Shown here: positions 13,991-27,098 of the stretch, piece after piece | Position numbering within the stretch: the first letter of the stretch is position 1 | Layout: each line of letters opens with the position of its first letter | Translations under genes and position numbers: made by a program | The notes under the pieces: model-generated | What the model was told of the DNA's origin: nothing | What the model saw: only the letters and a program-made list of their open reading frames with translations | Database searches by the model: none | Source of the DNA: Octopus bimaculoides | Lineage: Eukaryota | DNA length: 64,000 nt | Direction of reading: 5' to 3' | Assembly (NCBI RefSeq): GCF_001194135.2 | Contig: NC_068985.1 | Coordinates: 21,128,490 to 21,192,489, forward strand

Positions 13991-16019
13991 GATAGAGATC
14001 GTAGAGCATCAAATGAAATGCCTGACAGTATTTAGTTTCCCCTCTTTGACATTTTGAGTTCAAACACCCATCAGGTTTAACTTTGCCTTTCATACTTCTA
14101 GGATTAATAAAGTATTGGGGGTGGGGAACAATGGCTCAGTCAGGATATGGCTCCAATGCCTATGACCCTTTTTAAGGCCTCTGAGACAGATGGAAGGACT
14201 AGAGACCTGGCCCAAATACTTGCAACAGAGTGAACTCCCTAAAAGCCATTTAAGGCCAAGATGATGGTTTTAAACCAGACAATGGTGTTAAGCCTGACAA
14301 CTGATTACTAATTCTTCAATTATACCATTTTACTAAAAGTTTGTGGCACTATGCTAATATACAGTTATTTTCTTTTAAGCTGATATATCCACAACATTAC
14401 AAACTGTTAACTCTTTACAAACTAGAAAAATCCCCTGCAGTAGAAACATTCTTACATATTTGAGATAAAGCACCGTCTATATTCAACCCACGTTCTAGAG
14501 GCAAAAAAATTATCTTAAAATCAGACTTTAGTGTCGTTTTTATTTTTCATTTTATATTTTATTGTCAGTAATTTCCTAAATTTTGCAATATATTTTGTTT
14601 CATATCTTTCATCAACAACATGGAAGCTCAACTTGCCAAAAATGGCCACAAAATTTTCCTTAAATTATGCACAAACATTTTGAAAACGGAACATATTGGA
14701 TAAAGTCACCATCAATATTGATTAGACCCCATTACTGATTCTTGCTATAATTGTGTTTGTGGAACATATGTATCCCTATGCTCCAAAGAGCTGCAACAGC
14801 AGTTTTACTCCTAGCAAGTCTAACTAAGCCAGGTAGGTCCAAAATGAGGAATTAGAATAAATGAAAATGAGAAGCCTTGGGAAACAGCATGGAGGATGGA
14901 CCATGATGGAAGAATTTATTAAGAAATGATCAAGGTTGAAACTTGCCAGAGGATGGATTTGTATTGAGGACATTAAACAGGGTCACTTATTTCTGAAAAT
15001 AAACCACTGCTAGAACTGGCAATTATAGATGACATTCAACGATTAAAGCTTGGATTGTAGTGTAAGATATACAAATGATGGGATGGTCATGGCTAAAATA
15101 CATTTGGTCCTAGGTCTGCTCATAAAGACTATATAATAATTTTTACTTAGATACCAAGGTGGTGGTGGTGGTGGTGGTGGTAGTAGTGTCAAATTTTTCA
15201 TTCTTTCATTTCATTTATGTTGTGCAACAGTAATTATTTTGACATTTCTGTCCTTCCTTTTATTATTTCTTCATCACATCTTAACTTCAACAATATGACA
15301 TGTTATGTTGCTACATGTTAATTGTCATCAGATTGAATTAACTTGCATAAAATATTGCCTCTTTTATCATATATTTTACTGTGGAAACATAAATGATTAT
15401 GCAACATCATTCAGTTACTTGTCATTATACACTAAACATTATAAATTTTAAGGAAAAATCAAAAAGATTCTATAAATTACAGGCATAGCCATGTGGTTAA
15501 AAACTTTGCTTTGCAACCACATAATTTTAGGTTCAACCATACCTTCAGCAAACTTCTTCCACCAGACCTTGTGAGTGAAATTTGGTACACAGAAATTGTG
15601 CTGAAGCCCATGTATGTGAGTCCCTGTATCTACACTGGTAGTCAAAACTACCAGCATAATGTTTGTTTTACCCATTTATATTGTTTAACTTAGCAATTCA
15701 ATAAATGGAGAGATAAAATAGAAACCAGACTGAACTAAGTACTTGTATTGATATTTCCAACTGAACCTTTAAAGACAGAGCCCTTGCATGGTCACAGTCC
15801 AATGACTAGAACTAGTAAAAGATTAAAGGAATCAATTAAATTTCTATGGGCTGTCATTTGCCTATTCTTGTTATTTTATTAATATCCCTCTCTTAGACAT
15901 AGTCCATCTCACTTCTTTACACACACTTTTTCAAATGACTAACAAACAGTTGTAGTGAGACTAATTTTATAATTGTATGCTTAGATTTAAAACAGCTCCA
16001 GGCATAAGTCTCTAATGGT

Positions 16020-16200
16020 TGGTCATGCGGGCCAGTCATGTGACGCTGAAATTTGTCCAATCAAGCATTTGGATTCGTCTAGTTTTACGTGGGATATAGA
16101 ATGCGCAATAGACCACCAAAAGCGGCAAATTCTAAATATTGGTTTGAGCCAATTTTTGTTAATAAATAAGCATGATGTCTTTCATTTTCATCAGTAAGGT
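16020..16200 (+). promoter_or_regulatory. Possible promoter patch: M-box/CLEAR-like GTCATGTGAC and CCAAT box
   Basis: GTCATGTGAC at 16035-16044, CCAAT at 16057-16061, local CpGs, and donor-like GTAAG/GTGAG near 16194-16200. Confidence 0.25.
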
Positions 16201-17920
16201 GAGATAGAGCAGAGGGGAGAGTTTGTTTTCAGGAAGCCACATCACATTATTGTCATTCCTGTTGAAGCATGTGTAACCAAGTTTGATTGGGTTTGAAATG
16301 CCATCCAAGAATGATTTTCTACAGTCCACATTTCTTTGTTATGTATTAATCTAGTCCATTGTATAATCTTATTTAGCTGAAGAATAAAGTATCGTTGTTA
16401 ATTGAAAGCTCATTTTTGGTATTATTTCCATCATTACCCTGCTCATGTAAGCGAAAGCAGAGTATTATTATCACTTGTTTTTGTCTGTTTGTCTGTGTGT
16501 TAACAAAATTACTGGGAAATAGCTGAACAGATTTTCACTACATTTGACAGAAATACTCATTAGGTAAGTGGCTCGAAATAAGGAACATTTGGTTTGATTA
16601 TCTTAAAAAAAGAAAAATTTCTTTTTTTAAATCGAACTTACAATTTTCCCAATAAGCAAGTGGTTATATTATTTTATTCATTTTCTTTTTTTATTTTTTT
16701 TCCATATGAATTGCTTCTAATTCTCTTTTAGTCAAACACTTACAAAGCTTAATTCAGTTCAATTAAAAAGCATGGGTAAGCAACACATTGTAAGCGACAG
16801 TATAATTTACAAAAAAATTTGTCTGCACACAGGGTATGCATCACTCCACCCTCAATCCCTTTTTTTTTTTTTTCATTTTATATGCAATTCATGAGAAGCA
16901 TGATTTTTATTAAAAGGCCCAGAGACACAACCTTACAGCTAAACATTGTTAGCCGAGTGTACTATGTTTGTAAGTGTATATCTTCTGACCTTTTTCAATG
17001 AACAGCTGTCAAAAGTTTAAGGTAACCAAACTGAAACTTTCATGAGAAAGTGAGTTATGCTTTATACTATTGGCACAAATCTAAGTGTCTTGCTAAGAAA
17101 TTTATTTCACAGCCTCACAATTTATTTCACAAACTCACTATATAGTATTTTGGGCAAGTGTCCTCTACAATAGCCTTGGGTTGGTAAATGGTAACTGTGT
17201 GAAGGCCCGTTGTGTGTGTATACGTATGTATACATGTGTATAGGCAAGGGATTGCCACTAAATCGGCGCATCAGACAAATATATTGTGTAGTATTTATTC
17301 CATTTGGTTTATGTCCCTAAGCTTACCAAAATGAACTTAGCCATTCAATAAACAGAGATCAATATGTATGCATGTGAAACAGTGAGTTGTTTAATATACA
17401 GATTAACAAAAACATCCTTTCACATGGAGTGAATTTTGTGATACTTGATGATACTATAATATTTTGATGAATTTAAAGGCTATGAACTGGCAGAATCCTA
17501 AACATTCCTGGCAAAGTGCTTAGCAGCATTTCATCCATCTTTACATTCTGAGTTCAAATTCTATCGAGGTTCAAATTCACCTTACATCCTTTCAGGATCA
17601 ATAAAATAAGTACCTGTAAACACTGGGGTTGATGTAATCAATGTACTCCTCCTCTAAAATTGCTGGCCTTGTGCCAAAATTTGAAACCAATATTTTGATG
17701 TATTTAACCAGGCATGGTGACCTAATTTGGATGTCTATTCTAGCGGTCACATTTGCGAAAAAAAAATAAGCCACCCTGGAATTTAGCAACAGACTATATT
17801 TGTGATCCATCAGACATTGGGAAATAATTGGCTTAAGCACAGAGCTGTCTTTATAGTATTTACCACCCTGGACCAGTTTTACAGGGTATGTCCTTTCTCC
17901 TATTTATGACTGGTGAATAT

Positions 17921-17983
17921 AGCTAAGAACTTATAATAATAAGCTAAGAACTTATAACAATAAGCTAAGAGCTTATAATAATA
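17921..17983. repeat. 3 x 21-bp tandem repeat
   Basis: agctaagaacttataataata repeated three times with single substitutions. Confidence 0.9.
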
Positions 17984-18189
17984 GTGTACAATAGCTTGGT
18001 TGATGATGATTTGCCACAGCTAAGACATAGTTCAAGCACAGCAGCAATTTTTTGTTCACTGGTATAGACTCTAAGGTTAAGGTTTATAAAATTATTTGTT
18101 ACATTTTTATTTTATTTTCTGATTGCTTTCCTTTACATGTTTTTTGAAAATTCATGTTTTTAGTCAGATTCAGAAATGTTGTTTAAGCT

Positions 18190-18790
18190 GTTCAAAATTT
18201 GAGTAGTGCCCACAGATTTTTGTAAACCTTAAGTGATTGATTTGTCCAATGTGTAGCCCTCGCCTAACTAGATAGAGTGGGGCACATACTGAAAGCAAGG
18301 GAGCTCACAAAAATTTTCCAAATGTTCAACATCAAACAAATCAGAGTAACATATGTTGTGAGCAAATATAAAATAAAAAAAGTTTGTCTAAGTTGTTCAA
18401 AATTTGAGTGATAGCCACAAATTTCTTAAAACCCAAGGTAATTGCTTCATTTGTCCAATGTGCAGACCCAACCCAACTAGATAGAGTGGGGCACGTAATG
18501 AAGGCAAGGTAGTTCACAAAAGTTTTCCAAAGGTTCGACATCAAACAAGTCATAGTAATGTATGTTTCAAGCAAATATAAAACAAAAAAGTTTGTCTAAG
18601 ACGTTCAAAATTTGCCCACAGGTTTTTTAAAACCCAAGGCAATTGCTTGATATGTCCAAGGAGCAGCCCTGTCCTGACTAGATAGAGTAGGGCACATAAT
18701 GAAAGCAAGGGAGCTCACAAAAATTTTTCCAAAGGTTCAACATCAAACAAGTCAGAGTAACATATGTTTTGAACAAATATAAAACAAAAG
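18190..18790. repeat. 3 x ~205-bp tandem repeat
   Basis: Anchor actagatagagt at 18267, 18476 and 18677 (periods 209 and 201); the units align throughout. Confidence 0.9.
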
Positions 18791-19340
18791 TTTATATACA
18801 CACACACACATATATATATATATCCTTTACTGTTTCAGCAATATGTTAGCCTCCCTATCACATTAGTAGGTTTACCTCAGTAACAACTACAATTTAGAAA
18901 TTCCACACCTTAAATCCATCCCCCCAGCACATATATGTAACAACAGCAACAACAACAAAACAACCACTATCAGTACCACAGCCACTAAATGTAGCATTAC
19001 TTACAACAGAAATAGCAACATGAGCAGTAAAAATAACAGCAGCTATCCAAAATTACATTCGAGATGACACCTTGTTTTGTGAAGAAGTTGGAACAACTTT
19101 GATGTTATTTGTAGATGTAAAGCTCAGTGAACGAAAGAAAATAAGAGAAAGAGAAAGATACAAATTATGCATGTGTGTGTGTGAGTATATTAGAGAGAGA
19201 GAGAGAGAGAGAGAGAAAGAAAGAGATGGCAGGGGGCAAAAACGTCAGCAAAAGACAAGAAATGTTGGTAACCTGATAAGTAACGTCTTAACATGCAGCA
19301 ACTAACATTAGCTATGTCATCAATAAAACAATACAGTTAT

Positions 19341-19402
<62 letters not shown>
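19341..19402. repeat. (GTA)n microsatellite
   Basis: Direct reading. Confidence 0.95.
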
Positions 19403-19403
<1 letters not shown>

Positions 19404-20041
19404 ATTGCGGTGGTGGTGATGGTGGGGGAGTAATAATAACAGTAATAAGGCTTGTTTTTAGTAATAGTTATGTAGTTATGGTAAAGATGTGATGATGGTG
19501 ACAGTATGGGATAGGAGTTGGGGTCTGCAGGAGTTTGTTTCTTGATTGTTTGTTTGTTTGCATGTTTTTGTTTTGTTTTTGCTTATGGTGGTGGCAGTGG
19601 GGGTTAATTGGTAAGAGGAGGAGCAGTATTCATGACCTTTGTAAGCCCTCCCAGACTGGTGAGATTCATGCAAGTAATGTTCAGTTTGAGCTGCTGTAAT
19701 GTTGATGTATATCATAAAAACAAGAGGAGGAGAAGGAAGAAGAGATAATAGCACCAAAGGCTCACAATTCAGGTGAGATGCTTGAACAAAGTGTTTAGAA
19801 CAGGGTCAAGGGAATGAAAGGAGAAGAGGTAGATTTATTGAACTGGCTGAGAAACAGGTGCTTTGAGATGACAAAGAGGCAGACGCAATATGCAGCTTGC
19901 TGGTTCTGAGGAGCAAAGGATGTTGTAGTAGTGGTAGAAGTGAAAAGCGAGAGAAACAGTGCATCTGTGAGCTGATGGTTGCAGCAGGTTTGATAATGAA
20001 TCTAAGAGGTTTGTGTATAGGTGCAGGAGTAGCTATAGGCA

Positions 20042-20217
20042 CAGGAGTGGCTGTGTGGTAAGTAGCTTACTTACCAACCACATGGTTCTGGGTTCAGTTC
20101 CACTGTGTGGCACCTTGGGCAAGTGTCTTCTACTATAACCTCAGGCTGACCAAAGCCTTATGAGTGGATTTGGTAGAAGGAAACTGAAAAAAGCCTGTCG
20201 TGTATATATATGCGCGC

Positions 20218-20274
<57 letters not shown>

Positions 20275-20463
20275 CACAACATCATTTGACAACCGATGCT
20301 GGTGTGTTTACATCCCCCGTAACTTAGCAGTTCGGCAAAGAGACCGATGGAATAAGTACTGGGCTTGCAAAGAATAAGTCTTGGGATTGATGTGTTCGAC
20401 TAAAGGTGGTGCTTCAGCATGGCCACAGTCAAATGACCAAAACAAGTAAAAGAGAATAAAAGA
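20042..20463 (+). mobile_element. Full-length tRNA-derived SINE family A
   Basis: Head ggagtggctgtgtggtaagtagc...ggttcagttcc (A/B boxes), central (TG)n, tail gactaaaggtggtgcttcagcatggccacagtcaaatgac...gtaaaagag. Confidence 0.9.
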
Positions 20464-20787
20464 GAGTAACAGAATATGCTATAGTCCTAGATTTGAGCAC
20501 TACTTCAATGTCAAACTCTGTGGGGGTAGAGGCTTCTAACCATTGCCCACCTCTTCTCTGGAAACATTTTGAAAGGTCAAATACCCCAACTCTTTTTTGT
20601 TCAGTAATTTCAGTTTACACTTCTACCATAACAAAACAAGAAATAAAGAAGAAATTCAAAATGCTGTTTTTAAGATTATATAACAATAAAAATAGCATAT
20701 AACAATATTATTTCACTCATTTTTGAACTAATGATGAACAAATACCAGAACCAAAACCCAGTCTACTCCTTTAGTAACACCATAACT

Positions 20788-21175
20788 AAGGCGGTGAGCT
20801 GGCAGAAACATTAGCACGCCGGGCGAAATGCTTAGCGGTATTTCGTCTGCCGCAACGTTCTGAGTTCAAATTCCGCTGAGGTTGATTTTGCCTTTCATCC
20901 TTTCGGGGTCGATTAAATAAGTACCAGTTACGCACTGGGGTCGATGTAATCAACTTAATCCGTTTGTCTGTCCTTGTTTGTCCCCTCTTGTCCCCTCTGT
21001 GTTTAGCCTCTTGTGGGCTATTAAGAAATAAGAAACATAAGCATGCTGAGTGAAATGCTTAGTGGTATTTCATCTGACTTTACATTCTGAGTTCAAATTC
21101 TGCCAAGGTCAATTTTGCCCTTCATCCTTTCGGAGTCGATAAATTAAGTACCAGTTGCATACTGGGGTCAAACTA
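20788..21175 (+). mobile_element. SINE family B, one full copy plus a partial second copy
   Basis: ggcggtgagctggcagaaac...gagttcaaattcc...gcctttcatcctttcggggtcgat; other copies near 17485-17700, 30715-30940 and 61780-61960. Confidence 0.8.
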
Positions 21176-22968
21176 ATTAATAATGGTAGTGTGAAAGAAT
21201 AGTTTATCATGGGATGAAGTATTGAAAGCTGACCTCAAATCGAAGGAGATGACAGAGGACCGAGATATGTGGTGCATTGCTGAACTCAACAAAACCACAA
21301 AAGAATTAAGATCTTAAAACCAAGGTGCCATGCAAAAATAATTGGTGCGAGTACTGGTGCCACATAAAAAGCACTGCTGTGTAAAAAGCACTGGTGATGA
21401 TGCCACGTAAAAGCACTGGAGCTGGTGCTGCATAAAAAGCACTCATTCGTTTCATAGTAAACAAGGTTAGGTAAAAGATGAAAATAAAGTGTATTAGAAT
21501 GTCACTGATATAAAAGAAATTCATAAAATTAGAAAGAGGATAAAAGATTTGAAGAAATAATGGAGTTCTGATTGATGTCTCGGTTAAATGAAATATTTTT
21601 ATCATCATCATCATTATCATTTAATGTGTTTTCCCTGCAGGAATCGGTTGGATGGCTTAACAGGAGCTGGCAAGGGCAGGGGCCACACCAGATTCCATAG
21701 TCTGTTTTTGATTTGGTTTTACAGCTAGAAGCCCTTCTACTGTTCTTATAATATGGGTTGAGAATTGAGTGAAAATTTAGCTGTAATATTTGCAAAGGTG
21801 TTGTTAGGGTTAATACGCCCATGTTAGACTGCTCTTTGCATATCAGGGAAGGTGTAGATGCTACACATACACAGGAAGACATTCAGAAAGACATTCAGAA
21901 ATGTGACCATCTCACTGATAGAAAACTTTTTAACTACCACCACAATGCACTAAGAAGAAGCCTTTATTTGGTCGTTTGACTTTTGCTAGAAATAGCAGCC
22001 AAGTCAAACTCCAACTTTAAATCAAGATGAATGAATGAAGGCATTGGCTAATATAGACATTGATTATATACAAAAATGAAAAAGACAAGATCATAGGTAG
22101 AATGATTTAGATCATAAGTCTATTACAACCAATGCTGACCTGGAGTAAAACAACAACAAGCAATCTGTTGTGTCTTCCTACTACTAAGGCAATGGTTTTT
22201 GATCCCCTGTACCCTCAAACTATGTTTTATACACTCACAAGCACCCTTGAAGCATCAACCTCTTTTTATCACAGCCATTATTTTCAAAACTCAGCAATGT
22301 GTTTGAGATAAGCTTGTGATATTTACAGGCAGGAATTCTTTCCATATTTCCATTATGAAAAAAAAAATTAAAGAGTTGTTAAATAAAAAAAAATGCATAC
22401 ATGTATAAATGTCAACATCTAAGAAAGAACTAAAGGTTGAGAATCAAAATTTTATTGTCACTTTGCTTTATCTTCTGAATGGAATTCATATTATAAAATA
22501 AGCACAGATATTGCTGTAAGGTTAAGAACTTCACTTCCTAAACACAAGGTTTAGGGGTTTGGTCCCATTCAGTGGCATGATGGGTAAGCATCTTCTCCTA
22601 TAGCCAAGGCTAACCAAAACTTTGTGAGTGAATTAGGCACATGGAAACTGAAAGAAGCTCACCGTGAGTGTGAGTATGTGTATGCGCATGTGTGTGTGTA
22701 TGTGGTGAAAGCACACAGCCTTGTGGTTAAGGTATTGATCACATGATCATGGTTTTGATTCCCGGACAGGTAGTATGTTCCGTTGTTGAGCAAACCATTT
22801 AATTTCACATAATTCTGGTTCACTCAGCTATGAATGAGTTGCCCTACAACAGACTGACACCCTGTTCAGGGGGATGTTGTGATCTCAATCATTTATACAC
22901 CAGGGGAACCAGGTAACTGGTCCAAGGAGTTCTAGCGCTCAAGACATACATATGTGTGTGTATGTATG

Positions 22969-23003
<35 letters not shown>

Positions 23004-23049
23004 CGAGAGCGAGAGAGCGAGAGCGAGAGAGCGAGAGCGAGAGAGCGAG

Positions 23050-23092
<43 letters not shown>

Positions 23093-23335
23093 AGTTAAGT
23101 TAGCGGTTATAACAACCGTCTAAAGGATACTTGCATCCAATGAATCCACTAGCGTATTACCTATATTTAATCATGAGCATTGGTGTTAATGCTCATAAAT
23201 GATAGGTAAGGACAAAAATAAACTAAGGTTTATCAATATTCAAGGAAAACAGAAAATGGAGATACAAGTGATAAATAACGATTGATTTACATCAATTATC
23301 ATTTATTAATTTATTACAAAAAAAAACAGAATCTC

Positions 23336-23455
23336 AACTTACAGCTGTTTCAGTAAGCATGATACTCAGTTCTAACCACCACAGTAATAGTAATGATAGC
23401 TATCATTGTTGGTAATTAGTTAAACCAAATTGAATCATGAAACTTCGTCAGAGCA
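23336..23455 (-). ncRNA. Type I hammerhead ribozyme motif with extended stem II
   Basis: Minus strand: GCT-CTGACGA(23451-23445)-AGTTTCATGAT...ATCATGCTTACT-GAAAC-AGCT-GTA-AGT; adjacent to a PLE RT fragment. Confidence 0.6.
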
Positions 23456-23499
23456 GAAAAGTAAATAAAATATCAGTACCTCTAATCGATGCCTAGAAT

Positions 23500-23740
23500 T
23501 ACTTAAAAACGCTGGTATAAATTCTTCAAAAGATTTGGCCTTTCTACCACTATAAAGAATGAAAACAACTTGATTTACTACCTTGAAGTCAACTGCAACT
23601 TAGCTACTGGGCTACATGGACCTTTCATGAAACCTAACTCCAACCTAAAATACATACATTCTCAAAGTAATCATCCACGGTCAATCAAAGAGGCTCTTAT
23701 AAAAAATATTAGTAAGAGAATAACTTATCTCTCTTCTAAT
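23500..23740 (+). mobile_element. Penelope-like element RT/thumb fragment
   Basis: YLEVNCNLATGLHGPFMKPNSNLKYIHSQSNHPRSIKEALIKNISKRITYLSSN matches the PLE pattern FLDVTLNL..G...PY.KPN....YIH..SNHP. Confidence 0.8.
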
Positions 23741-23889
23741 GTATGTGTGTGGTAAACTGAAAGATAACTGAACCACCAATAATAGCAGTATTAATTATTA
23801 TAGGGATAAGAAAATTAATAATATAAAAGAACACAAGCACAACATTTACCATGCACATAGCAACACACCTATTGGTGTACTCTTAGGGT

Positions 23890-25020
23890 GGAAGACTCCA
23901 TGTACTGTCAACATTTTTCTGGTCTTGGTATCCATTTTCTTCACTTCTATCTTTTACCATTTTATAATTACTGCTCCATACTAAAATAATGCTATCACCC
24001 ACATATTAACTGCTTGGATTTTATTCCCTCCAGTTAATTTTGACCGCGACACCAACCTCAGTCTTCAGAAATACGCCATCCTCAGTTGCTCTTTCATTTC
24101 CTTTTCCATTATCTCATTGAACTCTAGTACATCAAGGTATTTGTGTCCTTTTGTTTCAATTTGTTTAATCAAGTCTCTATTCGGTAATTCTATCCCTGCT
24201 AGGGACTGTACTTTGCCTGTTTTAGGTAGCTTATTCTACACTTCTTGAGTCCAAATTCCATTCTTAATATCAGTACTAAAACAGTGAACTGTGTTCCCCA
24301 CTTGTGTCTCATCTTTGCTATACTGCTCCAAATCATCCATAAAGTGGAGGAGCTTGATTGTTTGGAATTTTCCCTTTAGTTGGTACTCCAGGTTCATTTT
24401 CCTAAGTATCAGGGTCAGTGGTGTCATGCAGAGAACAAAATCAACATAGATAGGCCATCACCCAAGAAAATCCCTCTTCTGATACCCAGGGTGCCCAAGT
24501 TTTTTTTCATAAGATGTCAGTTCAGTTTTCCATCCCGGCATTCTTCTCTTCAGGAAACCCGTTACATTCCTCACAATTCCAAACAGATCTAAGCACTTGA
24601 TGATCCATGAATGTGGAATCATATCATAAGCTTTGTGATAGTCAATCCAGATTTGTTCTCCTTTATTTACAATCTTGCATTACCATTTTGTCTATCAATA
24701 TTTGATCTTTGGTACTTCTGCATCTTCTCTACAGCCTTTTTGTTCCATCAGTAATATATCATTCTCATCGAGAAATTTATACAGTTCTTCTGCAATTCCT
24801 CCTGACAGGGACTCACACATTAATGGGAATCAGGAAATTAGCATGTAATTGTCAGCAGCATTTCTCTTTGATGCATCCTTCAGGCACAACACCGTTCATG
24901 CTTTTGTCAACCAGCCCAGGATTTCTTTTCCATTGATCAATGCATTAAATTGCTCTGTGATCAATTATGGCAACTATTGAACTTTTTTTATCCAAAATCC
25001 CTGTACACCATCAGGTCCTT
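23890..25020 (-). mobile_element. R4/Dong-clade non-LTR retrotransposon RT fragment
   Basis: Broken frames: GPDGVQGFWIK, KLLHFMDDL, YLDVLE..IMEKEMKEQLR, RSKLTGGNKIQAVNMW. The 5' end abuts (AAT)n at 25023-25052. Confidence 0.85.
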
Positions 25021-25021
25021 A

Positions 25022-25052
<31 letters not shown>

Positions 25053-25271
25053 TTCATTAGCATCTTTTTTCAATTCTGTTTCCATTTCTTCCTGACACCT
25101 AGGGCACAGAAACATATTGTATACATTGGTAGGCCATTAAAACAAACACACCAGAATTATCAATATCATTATTATTATTATTTAAAACAATTTGATATGA
25201 TTCCATGTGACAAAGTTTCACAGGTGTCTAACCAAAGCCCATTTCTTTTGGGCTTCTATATGTATATTGTA

Positions 25272-25341
<70 letters not shown>

Positions 25342-25384
25342 TTATATATATATATATATATATATATCACAGTACTCACCAGAC

Positions 25385-25870
25385 CATCAGATGCTGGTTA
25401 CACTGTGTTTCCAATTCTGTCTCAGTTATACCATTCTTTTCCATCTTGACCCAAATTGCTTGACCAAATCATCTTCCAATCATTGTGGAGGCCTTTCAAG
25501 TGACCTTTTCCTATCACTCGAGTACCACTCAGCCACTGCACAAGTTGCGACATGTTTGAACCTTGCAACATGTTTGACTCAGCAGAACTAGTGCTTTTGA
25601 TACTCTGTGATCACATCATTCACTCTGCTCCATTCCCGAATTATCTTTTTTTGTATGTGTGCTCTCTTAGTGATATTCTTAGCATGGATCTTTCCATGGC
25701 CCTTTGCATCGTAGCCAATCAAGGTTTTATCCTCTTCATAGTGACCTATGTCTCACTTGCAAATAAAAGCACAGGTAGGATGGTGTTATTGAAGAGTCTG
25801 ACACATATGGTATTGTATAACTTTGTTTGGAGCAAATCCTTTATTGAGTTAATGCTTTCCATCTTGCCCT
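25385..25870 (-). mobile_element. RTE LINE ORF2 C-terminal fragment
   Basis: FNNTILPVLLFASET*VT...LATMQRAMERSMLRISLREHI. Confidence 0.85.
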
Positions 25871-26250
25871 TTTTCTCTTTGCAAAAGAGAAAGAGAAAGA
25901 GAATATATATANNNNNNNNNNNNNNNNNNNNNNNNNNNNNNNNNNNNNNNNNNNNNNNNNNNNNNNNNNNNNNNNNNNNNNNNNNNNNNNNNNNNNNNNN
26001 GTGTTTTCCTGCGTATTACCAATTGCAATAAATGGGTGCGGGTAAAAGGATATTTTACCTTTAATTTATATAGCAACAAGAAAATAGAGGGGAATATGTG
26101 GTATTCATCAACTTGCAGACATTGTATTATGTCAATTTACCTTTTTATTTTTTAACTAAGAGGACAATAATAACAATATACAAACACATGTGACATATTA
26201 TGTCATATCAGTAATTAAAAAGGACATCTAGTGACCGAAGATGGGACAAT

Positions 26251-26382
26251 GACTTACAGCTGTTTCAGTCTAGAGGTGACATGCCTCATTCTATCTATAT
26301 AACTCCAGTAGGCTGAAGTAATTGATAGATGAAATGGTTGAAATAGAGGTACATGTATGATTCTCTAGGCCTCTTCAGAGAT
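26251..26382 (-). ncRNA. Type I hammerhead ribozyme motif with extended stem II (stem I degenerate)
   Basis: Minus strand: CT-CTGAAGA(26378-26372)-GGCCTAGAG...CTCTAGACT-GAAAC-AGCT-GTA-AGTC; stem II pairs at 8 of 9 positions. Confidence 0.6.
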
Positions 26383-26814
26383 TTAGGCCTCTTCTTATTT
26401 TGTGATTTAGTGAGGGTTTTTGAAAAACAAGGGGGATTTCGCAGAGGTGCTCAGTGAACAAATTAAACACACTACCTGGCAGTGGCAAAAACGTGAACCG
26501 ATCAAGTTTATGTATAAATTTTCTTTTTTTATCTTTGTTTCCTTTTACACAACATTAAAACAACGGCTAAAAGTTTTCTGAAGCAACACCCCCACTAATT
26601 TTATCTACGAGCTGCCACTGATTACAGGTCTATTTGATCTCGGTTCAACATAGTTTCTCGCATCCAAGAATGTTTGTGGTTGAATAATACAAAGTGAACT
26701 AAGGTAAACAATTATTCCAGAACTTATCAACCACACATATAAATTACCTCCCTTTATAATTAAGAGTTGTTTCCCTTAGATGAAGCTTCTCTGCAATGAA
26801 CTTCTAATTTTTTT

Positions 26815-27050
26815 TATCTTTTATTTGTTTTAGTCATTTGACTGCGGCAATGATGGGGCATCGCCTTCGAAGGTCGTGTCGAACAAATCGGCTCAAGAAT
26901 TTCTTTTTTGTTTAAGCACGGTACTTATCGGTTAATATTGCCGAACTGCTAAATTTCAGTAACGTAAACAAATCAACATCGGTTGTCAAGCATCGGTGGA
27001 CATCCAAGGTACACAAACACACACAAACACACACACACACACACATATAT

Positions 27051-27098
<48 letters not shown>

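Noticed and set aside
18190-18790. CRISPR-like array
   Set aside because: Whole units repeat with no unique spacers, the context is eukaryotic, and there are no cas genes.
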